Positions 1-8,520 are shown, numbered from the stretch's first letter. The stretch: DNA of 55,607 nucleotides from Candidatus Dadabacteria bacterium (GCA_004356555.1 SMWY01000002.1:1-55607), one strand, 5' to 3'. Program-made: numbers and translations. The notes: generated by a model from the letters alone, not told the origin.

Positions 1-1
1 A

Positions 2-202
2 GCTCTCATTGCTCTTGCCGTTTCACACGTCAAAAGATGTCCTTACTGTATCGACGCATACACTACTAAGTGCCTGGAGTCAGGAGCTGATCCGGAGCAG
101 ATGACTGAAGCTATTCATGTTGCAGCTTCTATGGAAGCAGGAATAACATTAATTCACGGAATTCAAATGCATAATGCGCTACAAAGAAACGGAGCGCTAT
201 AA
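2..202 (+). CDS. AhpD-like (carboxymuconolactone decarboxylase family) peroxidase-like protein, C-terminal fragment cut by the window edge
   Basis: Open frame from the window edge to TAA at 200-202 reads ALIALAVSHVKRCPYCIDAYTTKCLESGADPEQMTEAIHVAASMEAGITLIHG. The CPYC (CxxC) motif is typical of the AhpD fold. It lies directly upstream of the ArsS-like gene. Confidence 0.7.
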   Translation, partial: ALIALAVSHVKRCPYCIDAYTTKCLESGADPEQMTEAIHVAASMEAGITLIHGIQMHNALQRNGAL

Positions 203-263
203 TTCTTCGTATACGTATTAAGACCGCATATGAACCGGCCTTAGTAAAGCAAAGGGAGTTTTA

Positions 264-1301
264 ATGTCACAAGTTACAGTGCTTAAACCAAAAGAAATAG
301 CTCAAGATAGAGCGGATGGAGCTAAGTATAACTTTTACAAGACGCTCTCTCAAAACAACATTGATCTTGCTGTGCAAAAAATAGAAACGCTCCAAATCAA
401 TATCACAAAGCTATGTAACCAGACATGTGTTCATTGCCATGTGGACGCTTCACCGAAAAGAAAAGAGCAAATGGATTTAAAATCGGCAGAGCGCTGTCTT
501 GAAATACTTGCACTAAATGATTCGATAAAAAACCTGGACATTACAGGCGGGGCCCCCGAATTAAATCCTCACTTTGATTACCTGGTTACTGAGGCAAGAA
601 AAATAAATAAACATGTGATGGTAAGACACAATCTGACTGTCACATTGGACGGAAACCCGGTCACTGGTGAGAGCAAGAAATATCTGCCGGAATTCTACGC
701 TGAGTATCAAGTAGAGGTAATTTCTTCTCTACCCTACTATCAGAAATATTTCACAGATAAACAGAGGGGCAAAGGCGTATTTGAAAAAAGTATTGAGTCA
801 ATCTTACTGCTTAACGCAGAGGGTCTTGGAAAAAAGGGCACGGGCCTGACATTAAATTTTGTATATAATCCGGTAGGCGCATTCCTTCCGGCATCACAAC
901 AAAGCCTGGAAGCTGATTTCAAACGCGAGCTCCATAAAAAATACGGGATAGAATTTAACAACCTCTTTGTAATTACCAATATGCCTATCAATAGATTCAA
1001 ACAGCAATTAAAGAGATTAGACGCCTATGATGACTACATGACCAAGTTGGTAAACGCCTTTAATCCTTCTGCAGCTGAGGGGGTAATGTGCCGCTCTCTG
1101 ATAAGCGTCAGTCACGACGGGAGAATATATGACTGCGATTTTAACCAAATGCTTGAGATGGATGTTGTAGTTGACCACGAGCCTATGACCATATTTAATT
1201 TTGACTACCAAAAACTACTAAACCGAAGAATAATGTTCGGATCCCATTGTTTTGGATGTACTGCCGGTTCCGGAAGCAGCTGCGGCGGTACAACGGCTTA
1301 A
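264..1301 (+). CDS. arsS: Radical SAM / Cys-rich protein, arsenosugar biosynthesis ArsS family
   Basis: 345 aa. Radical SAM cluster motif CNQTCVHCH in LQINITKLCNQTCVHCHVDASPKR. Cys-rich C-terminal tail HCFGCTAGSGSSCGG is characteristic of the ArsS family (Cys version, no in-frame TGA). Confidence 0.8.
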   Translation: MSQVTVLKPKEIAQDRADGAKYNFYKTLSQNNIDLAVQKIETLQINITKLCNQTCVHCHVDASPKRKEQMDLKSAERCLEILALNDSIKNLDITGGAPELNPHFDYLVTEARKINKHVMVRHNLTVTLDGNPVTGESKKYLPEFYAEYQVEVISSLPYYQKYFTDKQRGKGVFEKSIESILLLNAEGLGKKGTGLTLNFVYNPVGAFLPASQQSLEADFKRELHKKYGIEFNNLFVITNMPINRFKQQLKRLDAYDDYMTKLVNAFNPSAAEGVMCRSLISVSHDGRIYDCDFNQMLEMDVVVDHEPMTIFNFDYQKLLNRRIMFGSHCFGCTAGSGSSCGGTTA

Positions 1302-1343
1302 TATTTTAAAGCCTAATCTCAAGAATTCCACACATCAAACCCA

Positions 1344-1991
1344 ATGACAGACAAGGTTGGAAAAAACACTCTTATCATTTTCCTCAAATACCCGGAAGCT
1401 GGAAAAGTAAAAACTAGGCTTGCTAAGGAAGTAGGTGCCCAGAAAGCTGCAGACATTTACTCATATATGGCAAAAAAAATCATCGAGAATGTCTTAGATA
1501 AGGACTGTTATCGCACAATTATTTTTTATGATCCTCCTGAGAAAAAAAACGGAATTAAAACCTGGCTTGGGAACAAACAATATCTAATAATTCCCCAAGC
1601 CGGTGAAACCCTGGGAGACAAAATAATTGATGCGTTCGCACAGGTTTTTTCTTCAGGAGCGGACAAAGCAGTAATTATCGGCACTGACTGTATTGATATT
1701 TCATCCGAAACTATAACTAAAGCAATCAAGTCACTTAATGGCGTTGACGTAGTCTTGGGTCCGGCTGAGGACGGTGGTTATTACCTGTTGGGATTAAGTA
1801 GCCACATACCCGAAATCTTCCACGAAATACAATGGAGTACCGACCGTGTGCTCAATCAAACTCTAGAAAGGATAAAAGAGAAGAAACTTAACTATGAGTT
1901 ATTAAAAACCTTAAAAGATATCGACACCATTGATGACCTAAGCAGCCAACTTCAGGGTTTTGTTAAAACTGAGGAGGGTAGAGAAGGGTAA
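1344..1991 (+). CDS. DUF2064 / TIGR04282-family glycosyltransferase (arsenosugar-associated)
   Basis: 215 aa. N-terminus LIIFLKYPEAGKVKTRLAKEVGAQKAADIY and GPAEDGGYYLLG match my recollection of the DUF2064 family. Same strand, directly after arsS. Confidence 0.72.
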   Translation: MTDKVGKNTLIIFLKYPEAGKVKTRLAKEVGAQKAADIYSYMAKKIIENVLDKDCYRTIIFYDPPEKKNGIKTWLGNKQYLIIPQAGETLGDKIIDAFAQVFSSGADKAVIIGTDCIDISSETITKAIKSLNGVDVVLGPAEDGGYYLLGLSSHIPEIFHEIQWSTDRVLNQTLERIKEKKLNYELLKTLKDIDTIDDLSSQLQGFVKTEEGREG

Positions 1992-2333
1992 ATGTTAATT
2001 GTTTATTTGTTGGTCGCAGGAGTAATTCTCCTTTCATTCGCAAACGGTGCAAATGATGTCTCCAAGAGCATTGCTACTTTGGTTGGCAGCGGGGTTACCA
2101 GTTATAGGAAAGCTATAATATGGGGTACGGTATGGACTGTAGTGGGCAGACTAGTTGCATCAGTATTTGCACTCGAATTAGTAAGAACATTTTCTGCAGA
2201 TGAGATCGTTAAATCTACAATCGATTTAAATCAGACCTTCCCATTAGCGATTAGTTTAGGAGCTTTCGCCTGGATTATCACTCTTCCGGTAGCAGCACTA
2301 CTGGCGTACCTTATTTATATGATCATAAATTAA
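1992..2333 (+). pseudogene. Miniaturised PiT/PHO4-family phosphate (arsenate) transporter, 113 aa, probably an in-frame internal deletion
   Basis: The ATG abuts the previous stop (TAAATG). N-terminus FANGANDVSKSIATLVGSG is the PiT signature. The C-terminus AFAWIITLPVAALLAYLIY resembles the last TM helix of PiT proteins. Family members are normally more than 300 aa. Confidence 0.5.
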
Positions 2334-2390
2334 AAAATTGAGACTTAGTATTGTCTAGAAACACAGTTAATATTATTTAACGGAGATAAA

Positions 2391-2912
2391 ATGAGAAAAA
2401 TCTTTACTCTAACAGCGTTATTAGGACTATTTCTATTTGCAGTATCTTGTAACGAAGGTACGAAAGAGTCCTCCGCAGAGAATGACAACAATATAGCCAA
2501 GAACTTTTCACTTGAGTCGCTCAATGGAAATAACGAGATAAGTCTTGAAGACTTCAAGGGTAAAGCGGTTGTAGTAAATTTCTGGGCAACCTGGTGCGGC
2601 CCATGCAAACTGGAGATACCGTTTTTTGAAAAAACCTGGAGAAAGTACAAGGATAAAGACGTAGTTTTTATAGGTATTGACGTTATGGATGACAAGGACA
2701 GCGCTGTCAATTTCATAGAAGAGCTCGGAATTTCATACATTAATCTGTACGACCCATCGGGAAAAACTTCAAACTCCTACGGAGTCATTGCACTTCCTGC
2801 AACATTCTTTATAGATAAAAATGGAAACATAGCCGTAAAACATTATGGGTCTTTTATAGACAATCAATCAAAGAAAGCATTTAAAAGTTATTTAAAGGAA
2901 ATAATGGAATGA
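2391..2912 (+). CDS. TlpA/ResA-like thiol:disulfide oxidoreductase lipoprotein (thioredoxin fold)
   Basis: 173 aa. Lipobox-like LFLFAVSC. WATWCGPCKLE active site. GAGA-rich SD (ggagataaa) before the ATG. The TGA stop overlaps the next start (ATGA). Confidence 0.85.
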   Translation: MRKIFTLTALLGLFLFAVSCNEGTKESSAENDNNIAKNFSLESLNGNNEISLEDFKGKAVVVNFWATWCGPCKLEIPFFEKTWRKYKDKDVVFIGIDVMDDKDSAVNFIEELGISYINLYDPSGKTSNSYGVIALPATFFIDKNGNIAVKHYGSFIDNQSKKAFKSYLKEIME

Positions 2913-3667
2913 ACCCCGCTGAAGTAGTACAAGTAAGCTGGCTTTTCGCGTTCTTAGCCGGTGTAATCTCTTTTCTATCACCCTGCGTACTCCCGCTAAT
3001 CCCGGGCTATGTATCAATGGTCTCAAAAATGTCCTTTGAAGAACTGACTGACGGGAGCATGGAAGGAAAAGTAACTAAGATATTTTTCCCTAGTCTACTT
3101 TTTGTGCTCGGATTCTCGTTTGTATTTGTGTCCCTTGGTGCAGGAGCTTCATTTGTTGGAAGCTTCATTCAGGAGAATAAGCTACTACTACTTCGAATTT
3201 CGGGAGTGATGATAATTTTATTCGGCCTATTTTCAATGGATATTCTAAAAATCCCTCAACTATACAGAGAAAGAAGAATTACTCTCCCTGAAGGTAATCT
3301 GGGACTGATTAGCATATTTCTTTTAGGAATAGCCTTTGGATTCGGATGGACGCCTTGCGTTGGCCCAATACTGGCCTCAATCCTCCTTTATGCAAGTACT
3401 GCAGATGGTGCAGGAAAAGGAGCAGCACTTTTGTTTGTCTACTCAATCGGTCTAGGCCTTCCGTTTTTGCTCACAGGTCTAGCTCTTTCTAAAGCCCTGA
3501 CAGCCTTCGGGTGGATAAAACGGCATTACAACTTATATAAGATTATAGTAGGGGGCACATTAATAGCTGTTGGTCTACTGATGCTTACTAACAATCTCTT
3601 CTACCTAAATATTTACGGGCAAAGAGCCCTCGATTTTATAGGGCTGGACTTTTGGAAAACTTTTTAA
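2909..3667 (+). CDS. ccdA: Cytochrome c biogenesis protein CcdA (DsbD-type transmembrane electron transfer domain)
   Basis: 252 aa polytopic membrane protein. Conserved SPCVLPLIPGY and GWTPCVGPILASIL motifs. Translationally coupled to the TlpA-like gene. Confidence 0.85.
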   Translation: MNPAEVVQVSWLFAFLAGVISFLSPCVLPLIPGYVSMVSKMSFEELTDGSMEGKVTKIFFPSLLFVLGFSFVFVSLGAGASFVGSFIQENKLLLLRISGVMIILFGLFSMDILKIPQLYRERRITLPEGNLGLISIFLLGIAFGFGWTPCVGPILASILLYASTADGAGKGAALLFVYSIGLGLPFLLTGLALSKALTAFGWIKRHYNLYKIIVGGTLIAVGLLMLTNNLFYLNIYGQRALDFIGLDFWKTF

Positions 3668-3779
3668 TCTAGGATATTCAAATAACTTGGAAATAAATAT
3701 CCAGCCTGCTAATTAGAATTATGTTTAATTTGAATAAATGAATTGAGCAAATGAGCTGAGATATTGTATTATTTTAAAA

Positions 3780-4541
3780 GTGAACAAAATCAAGAACACA
3801 GTCCTGAATAGTCCCCACGAATCTCAATTAACGAGTAATCAAATCCATATTTGGAAGATTGATATAAACAATCCACAAATAGATTTAGATAAGCTCCCTA
3901 GAGAAATCTTATCTCAAGATGAGAGAAAAAGAGCCGCCAGACTAAGATCAGCTAAAGATAAAAGGAGGTTTACAGTCTCACGTGTGTTTTTAAGAAAAAG
4001 TCTTAGTCATTATTTAGATACCGCTCCATCTGAAATAAAGTTTACGTATAACAAATACGGGAAACCCAATATTGACCCTGAACATCATCCACAGAACATA
4101 AGATTTAATTTATCCCACTCTAAGAACCTGGCACTTTATGCTATAACTCAAAATAGAGAAATTGGAATTGATGTGGAATATATTAGAAACGTAGATAAAG
4201 CTGGTAAAATTGTGAGGCGATTTTTTTCAAAGGATGAATGTGAATTTTATTACTCACAGCCCAATAATAAGAAGAATTGGGCTTTTTTTACACTTTGGAC
4301 CCGTAAGGAAGCATATTCAAAAGCAAGGGGGATGGGAATCGGGCTTCCAACTAAAGAGTTTGATCTGCAATTGGTACCTCCCGAAGTCGGCCAGATCAAT
4401 CATATTCGAACAAAAAATAAAGAATCTAAATGGTCGCTCATTGATATCGAAGTTGACTCTGACTATATGGCAGCTCTAGCCGCAGAGGGTAATGATTTCG
4501 AGATTAATCATTGGAAACTTGACGATATTAGACAACTATAA
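3780..4541 (+). CDS. 4'-phosphopantetheinyl transferase, Sfp type
   Basis: 253 aa, GTG start. Motifs FNLSHS, GIDVE and WTRKEAYSKARG are typical of Sfp-type PPTases. Confidence 0.8.
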   Translation: MNKIKNTVLNSPHESQLTSNQIHIWKIDINNPQIDLDKLPREILSQDERKRAARLRSAKDKRRFTVSRVFLRKSLSHYLDTAPSEIKFTYNKYGKPNIDPEHHPQNIRFNLSHSKNLALYAITQNREIGIDVEYIRNVDKAGKIVRRFFSKDECEFYYSQPNNKKNWAFFTLWTRKEAYSKARGMGIGLPTKEFDLQLVPPEVGQINHIRTKNKESKWSLIDIEVDSDYMAALAAEGNDFEINHWKLDDIRQL

Positions 4542-4634
4542 TAAATTTGCTTAACAGCATAACTACTTCCAGTTATAATTGTAGATTCCTTAATATTGGA
4601 TTTTGTATATTCTAAGTGACTGCAACTATTTACA

Positions 4635-4662
4635 TTGACTACTCGTCATATGATTTTATAAT
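4635..4662 (+). promoter_or_regulatory. Sigma70-type promoter candidate for the zinc-ribbon/malic enzyme genes
   Basis: TTGACT (4635-4640), 16-nt spacer, TATAAT (4657-4662). A GGAGG SD at about 4681 precedes the GTG at 4696. Confidence 0.45.
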
Positions 4663-4695
4663 AGTTGCTTATATTTTTTTGGAGGTCTGATCAGC

Positions 4696-4920
4696 GTGCC
4701 AATATATGAGTATAAATGTCTTGATTGTAACAAGGCCTTTGAGACCTTAGTTATAGACGCTGATGAAAAAATTATATGCTATTCCTGTAATAGCAATAAT
4801 CTAGAGAAACAATTCTCTCCTTTTGGAATAAAGGCAGAAGGTGAAGTAGCCTCAGCCAATTTATCCACTAGCGGTTGCGGATGCACTCCCGTAAGCTGTG
4901 GATGCAGCGTGAGAAACTAA
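4696..4920 (+). CDS. FmdB-family zinc-ribbon regulatory protein
   Basis: 74 aa, GTG start. MPIYEYKCLDCNKAFE ... CYSCNS gives two CxxC pairs. Cys-rich tail CGCTPVSCGCS. Confidence 0.8.
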   Translation: MPIYEYKCLDCNKAFETLVIDADEKIICYSCNSNNLEKQFSPFGIKAEGEVASANLSTSGCGCTPVSCGCSVRN

Positions 4921-4989
4921 AAAGATATAAATTCATTATATACATTCGAATCCAATTTGAATTATATAATAACGGAGGATTTTAATTTA

Positions 4990-6306
4990 ATGTCAAACCC
5001 GGCGGATATAGACAAGGATATAAAACAAGCCGCTCTTGAATACCACAGTATCGGTCAGAAAGGGAAAATTGAGGTAGTCCCAACAAAGCCATGCTTAACT
5101 CAGTGGGATCTTTCGCTGGCCTATTCTCCCGGTGTAGCCGAACCCTGTTTGGAGATTTATAAGGATCCCGATAACGTATACGAATATACTAATAAGGGAA
5201 ACCTTGTTGGTGTGATTTCAAATGGAACTGCAGTTTTGGGTCTAGGAAATATAGGGGCCTTAGCCGGAAAACCGGTAATGGAAGGAAAGAGTGTGCTTTT
5301 TAAAAGGTTTGCCGGGATAGACGCATTTGATATTGAGATCAGCGCAACCGATCCTGATGAAATCATAAAAACTGTTAAATACCTTGAGCCTACTTTTGGG
5401 GGTATTAATCTAGAAGATATAAAGGCACCGGAGTGTTTCTATATAGAGACGGAATTAAAAAAACAAACAGATATCCCAATCTTTCATGATGACCAACACG
5501 GCACTGCGATAATATCAGGTGCAGCTCTATTAAACGCTTGTGAGATAGTGAATAAAGACATGAGCAAACTTAGGATAACCTTTAACGGCGCAGGGGCATC
5601 CGCTATAGCATGTGCAGAATTTTTTATCACTCTGGGTGCAAAAAGAGAAAATATTATTATGTGTGACAGCCGTGGGGTTATTTACAGTGGAAGAGAAGAA
5701 AATATGAATCCTCAAAAAGAGTCGTTTGCAGTCGATACCAAAGCAAGAACATTAGCGGAGGCTATTAAAGGCGCCGATGTATTTACCGGTTTGTCAACGG
5801 GTGGCGCTGTTACACAAGAAATGGTTAAGTCAATGGCTGATAATCCTATTATTTTTGCAATGGCCAACCCTAATCCTGAGATTTCATATCCGGAAGCTAA
5901 AGCTGCTAGAAAAGACGTTATTATGGCCACGGGAAGATCCGATTACCCAAATCAGGTTAATAATGTTCTTGGATTCCCTTTTATATTCAGAGGGGCACTC
6001 GACGTCAGGGCAAGAGCCATTAATGAGGAGATGAAGGTTGCGGCAGCATATTCTTTAGCTAACTTAGCTAAAGAAGGCGCTGACGAAAATGTTGCAAAAG
6101 CTTACGGGGAAAAAAGTTTTGAATTTGGACGTGAATACCTAGTCCCCAAACCATTTGATCCTCGAGTTTTAGTTTGGGAGTCGGTAGCAGTTGCCAAAGC
6201 TGCAATAGAATCGGGCGTTTCCAGAATTAATATCGACCTTGATGAATACGAAGAAAAACTAGAGAGGAAAGTTCAAGAGCAATTAAAAAGATGGAGTATC
6301 AAGTAG
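4990..6306 (+). CDS. NAD(P)-dependent malic enzyme (short form, no PTA domain)
   Basis: The ORF track starts at TTG 4957. I prefer ATG 4990, which has GGAGGA 10 nt upstream. Motifs [45 protein letters not shown] and [15 protein letters not shown]. Confidence 0.9.
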   Translation: MSNPADIDKDIKQAALEYHSIGQKGKIEVVPTKPCLTQWDLSLAYSPGVAEPCLEIYKDPDNVYEYTNKGNLVGVISNGTAVLGLGNIGALAGKPVMEGKSVLFKRFAGIDAFDIEISATDPDEIIKTVKYLEPTFGGINLEDIKAPECFYIETELKKQTDIPIFHDDQHGTAIISGAALLNACEIVNKDMSKLRITFNGAGASAIACAEFFITLGAKRENIIMCDSRGVIYSGREENMNPQKESFAVDTKARTLAEAIKGADVFTGLSTGGAVTQEMVKSMADNPIIFAMANPNPEISYPEAKAARKDVIMATGRSDYPNQVNNVLGFPFIFRGALDVRARAINEEMKVAAAYSLANLAKEGADENVAKAYGEKSFEFGREYLVPKPFDPRVLVWESVAVAKAAIESGVSRINIDLDEYEEKLERKVQEQLKRWSIK

Positions 6307-6433
6307 TTTTTCTTTAACAGCTAAAAGTCTTTTGTCACAAAACAGCCCAGCAAAACAAGCACAAATGCTCCGAACGGCTTTAATCTCGATAACTGTATCC
6401 ATAGTCTTAATAATCATAGTTAGTGTTCGGGTT

Positions 6434-6500
6434 TGTACTTCACCCCTTTTGTCAAGCTCGGATTAAGTTGGAATTATGAACAATTTAATGCTTCCTTGCG
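6434..6500. repeat. Dispersed ~65-nt element, copy 1 of 3
   Basis: TTGTACTTCACCCCTTTTGTCAAGCTCGGATTAAGTTGGAATTATGAACAATTTAATGCTTCCTTGCG aligns with 33925-33994 and 33611-33673, all in the same orientation. Confidence 0.6.
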
Positions 6501-6595
6501 ACTCTCATGGACTCGTTTCTCATGATGCTCAATAAGTCTATCTCCAACTTAACTTATGGACCTATTATAGGGGAGTCAGGTTATCCCAATATGTA

Positions 6596-7303
6596 TCATC
6601 TGTGTCTCTCCGTATTCCAATCACCTTGCCAGTATTCATGTGTATCCACGTCCATGATAGTCATCTTTCCCCTCCACCCTGCACCTTGATCTAAATTCCA
6701 TAGGTTGGCTCGTTTTACAGGATTTCCCGTAGGATCATCCCTTGTTGTATCCGTGTGACCTATAAATACTTCTTTGTATGGAAAGGTTGTTCCTTTATCT
6801 TGATGGACAAGGGAATGAAGGGTATAAGTGAGCCTGTCCCAATAATAAATTTCTTGATCTTTTTGTTTTTCTATAGGCATAGACCAATTAATACCAGCAT
6901 GGACATATAGACGATTTTCTATGTCAATGTGATATAGCACCATATTCTTTATAAACTCTTTGTGCCTATTAAACATCTCTTGGTCGAATTCCCCCTGTTC
7001 AGAATGATAAGATTCCTTCGTATTGTAGCCACCTTGACTCAACCAGCCGATTTCGTTTAATGGACTCTCCTCCCACTCGTCTTCAAACCACATACGCACC
7101 CATTCGTCATGATTGCCTTTTATCCATATTAAATCCTCTATCTTCATTAATTCCTCCACACACTTAGAGGAATCAGGAAAGCTGTCATAAACATCACCAA
7201 GTACAATTAGTCGGTCTTTATTATCGTCAAATTTAGACCGTTCAAAACATTGCATTAATGCTTTGTAGTTACCGTGAATATCGCCAATTGCTAAAGTCCT
7301 CAT
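6596..7303 (-). CDS. Metallophosphoesterase, lambda/PrpA-like Ser/Thr protein phosphatase
   Basis: 235 aa. Motifs GDIHGN, VLGDVYD, GNHDEW and VHAG / IGHT are typical of PPP-type phosphatases. Confidence 0.8.
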   Translation of the reverse strand: MRTLAIGDIHGNYKALMQCFERSKFDDNKDRLIVLGDVYDSFPDSSKCVEELMKIEDLIWIKGNHDEWVRMWFEDEWEESPLNEIGWLSQGGYNTKESYHSEQGEFDQEMFNRHKEFIKNMVLYHIDIENRLYVHAGINWSMPIEKQKDQEIYYWDRLTYTLHSLVHQDKGTTFPYKEVFIGHTDTTRDDPTGNPVKRANLWNLDQGAGWRGKMTIMDVDTHEYWQGDWNTERHR

Positions 7304-7533
7304 ATCGTTATCAGGCTTAAGTTTGGTGTGGTGATCATTAATTTCCCTCTATCATTGATTATTTATCTCTTCTGGCTTAGTTTAATTTTTTGTGGTAAGG
7401 GATAACTTTTTCTTGTATTGTTTCTTAAATACTTCTGTAATGTGGTTGTAATTAACTCGTTGATATTATTGACTTTTATAAAGGCTGCCGCTATTCCTTG
7501 ACCAAATAAAAAGGGAGCCGAAGAAGTAACGAA

Positions 7534-7710
7534 TCAGCCCATTCCCGACTTCTGTTGTTTCTCCATGGCTTCCAATTGTTTTTCGATCTGACTGAGCTTG
7601 TACAGAATGTAGATATGTGTCTTTTTGGCATCTATGCCAACTGGGCTATCGTCACCATGAATCATTTCAGCTATCTGAGCATACGTTTTCTCATCTATAT
7701 CCATAATCAT
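7534..7710 (-). CDS. Small hypothetical protein (58 aa), possibly the 5' part of a TGA-interrupted ~116-codon gene
   Basis: Not in the ORF track (below 60 aa). AAGGAGAG SD lies just upstream; the second ATG at 7704 has better spacing. Translation: MIMDIDEKTYAQIAEMIHGDDSPVGIDAKKTHIYILYKLSQIEKQLEAMEKQQKSGMG. The TGA at 7534-7536 is followed by 57 in-frame sense codons down to TAA at 7363-7365. Confidence 0.45.
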   Translation of the reverse strand: MIMDIDEKTYAQIAEMIHGDDSPVGIDAKKTHIYILYKLSQIEKQLEAMEKQQKSGMG

Positions 7711-7782
7711 TCTCTCCTTAATTCTTTTCTTATAAGTATATCATCACCGCTCAGATTTAGCCGGATAAACTACAATATATAA

Positions 7783-7893
7783 ATTTCTAAAAACAAAAAA
7801 GCAGAAGGTATAATTAAAGAAATAGAACCCGAAATACCAAACTCAGAAGTAACAGTTCACTTAGATCCCGACAAGCACCCTGATTACTCTTAA
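7783..7893 (+). pseudogene. Possible C-terminal remnant of a cation diffusion facilitator (CDF) transporter
   Basis: A 36-codon frame with no start codon reads ISKNKKAEGIIKEIEPEIPNSEVTVHLDPDKHPDYS. This resembles the extreme C-terminus (..V.VH.eP) of CDF proteins. It is bounded upstream by TAA. Confidence 0.3.
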
Positions 7894-8043
7894 TTTCCTG
7901 TAATATCTATCAAAAATATTCTTCTTGATTTCGTTACTTCTGTGAGAAATACTTAGTAAAGTGGATGTAAAATAAAATAATTGAAACCATTATTTTGAAG
8001 TATGGGTTTATATATACAAAAGCGGATTTAGGAGGGCAATGAA

Positions 8044-8436
8044 ATGAAAAAATTAATAATTCCAGCTTTTGTTATCCTAGCTTTTGTACTAGCCGCCCCA
8101 GTAACAAGTCTTGCAAAAAATTACCATGGCGGCGGGCATAGTTACAGCGGACACGGCAAAAGCTACGGCGGTCACGGCAAGAACTATGGTAGCCACGGCA
8201 AAAACTATGGCAGTCATGGATATAATAGGCACGGCGGCCATAATAGGCACCACAGCGGGCGTTATTACAATAATAGAGGATACTATCGACACGGACACCA
8301 CTATTCATACTATAGACCCTACTACAGACCCTACGGATATGGGTACGGATACGGTTACGGACCATACGCATATTATCCCCAACCCTACTATCCGTATATA
8401 CCTTTTGCACTAAACCTTGGGTTCGTATTCCATTAA
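8044..8436 (+). CDS. Secreted His/Gly/Tyr-rich low-complexity protein
   Basis: 130 aa. GGAGG SD. Signal peptide MKKLIIPAFVILAFVLAAPVTSLA. Tandem GHGK(S/N)YG(G/S) units are encoded by 24-nt repeats at about 8146-8220. These are followed by YYRPYYRPYGYGYGYGYGPYAYYPQPYYPY. Confidence 0.7.
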   Translation: MKKLIIPAFVILAFVLAAPVTSLAKNYHGGGHSYSGHGKSYGGHGKNYGSHGKNYGSHGYNRHGGHNRHHSGRYYNNRGYYRHGHHYSYYRPYYRPYGYGYGYGYGPYAYYPQPYYPYIPFALNLGFVFH

Positions 8437-8462
8437 GTCATAAGCTGAGTCTTTAAAAGAGA

Positions 8463-8520
8463 GGGATTTACATATATGAGAATATCTATCTCAAGCTTCT
8501 CAGTATGTAGATCCCTTTTT
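8463..8520 (+). terminator. Rho-independent terminator candidate (long hairpin plus T-run)
   Basis: GGGATTTACAT ... ATGTAGATCCC outer stem (one G-U pair). Inner stem TGAGAA/TTCTCA. Followed by TTTTTATT. Confidence 0.5.

Noticed and set aside
6283-6417. 44-aa minus-strand ORF ([44 protein letters not shown]) downstream of repeat copy 1
   Set aside because: It has no SD and overlaps the malic enzyme 3' end by 24 nt. No family is recognisable. It is mentioned only as context for the repeat.
7555-7782. Plus-strand 75-aa ORF
   Set aside because: It is antisense to the SD-preceded small ORF 7534-7710. It has a TTG start, no SD and hydrophobic junk composition.
8146-8370. CRISPR-like or satellite tandem repeats
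   Set aside because: The 24-nt and 6-nt periodic repeats are in frame inside a signal-peptide-bearing ORF and encode GHGKxYGx and YG peptide repeats. There are no spacers and no cas genes.
8072-8413. Track ORFs 8072-8410 (-), 8089-8301 (-) and 8111-8413 (+) overlapping the His-rich gene
   Set aside because: These are alternative-frame or antisense artefacts of the low-complexity repeat. Only the 8044-8436 frame has an SD, a signal peptide and a terminator.
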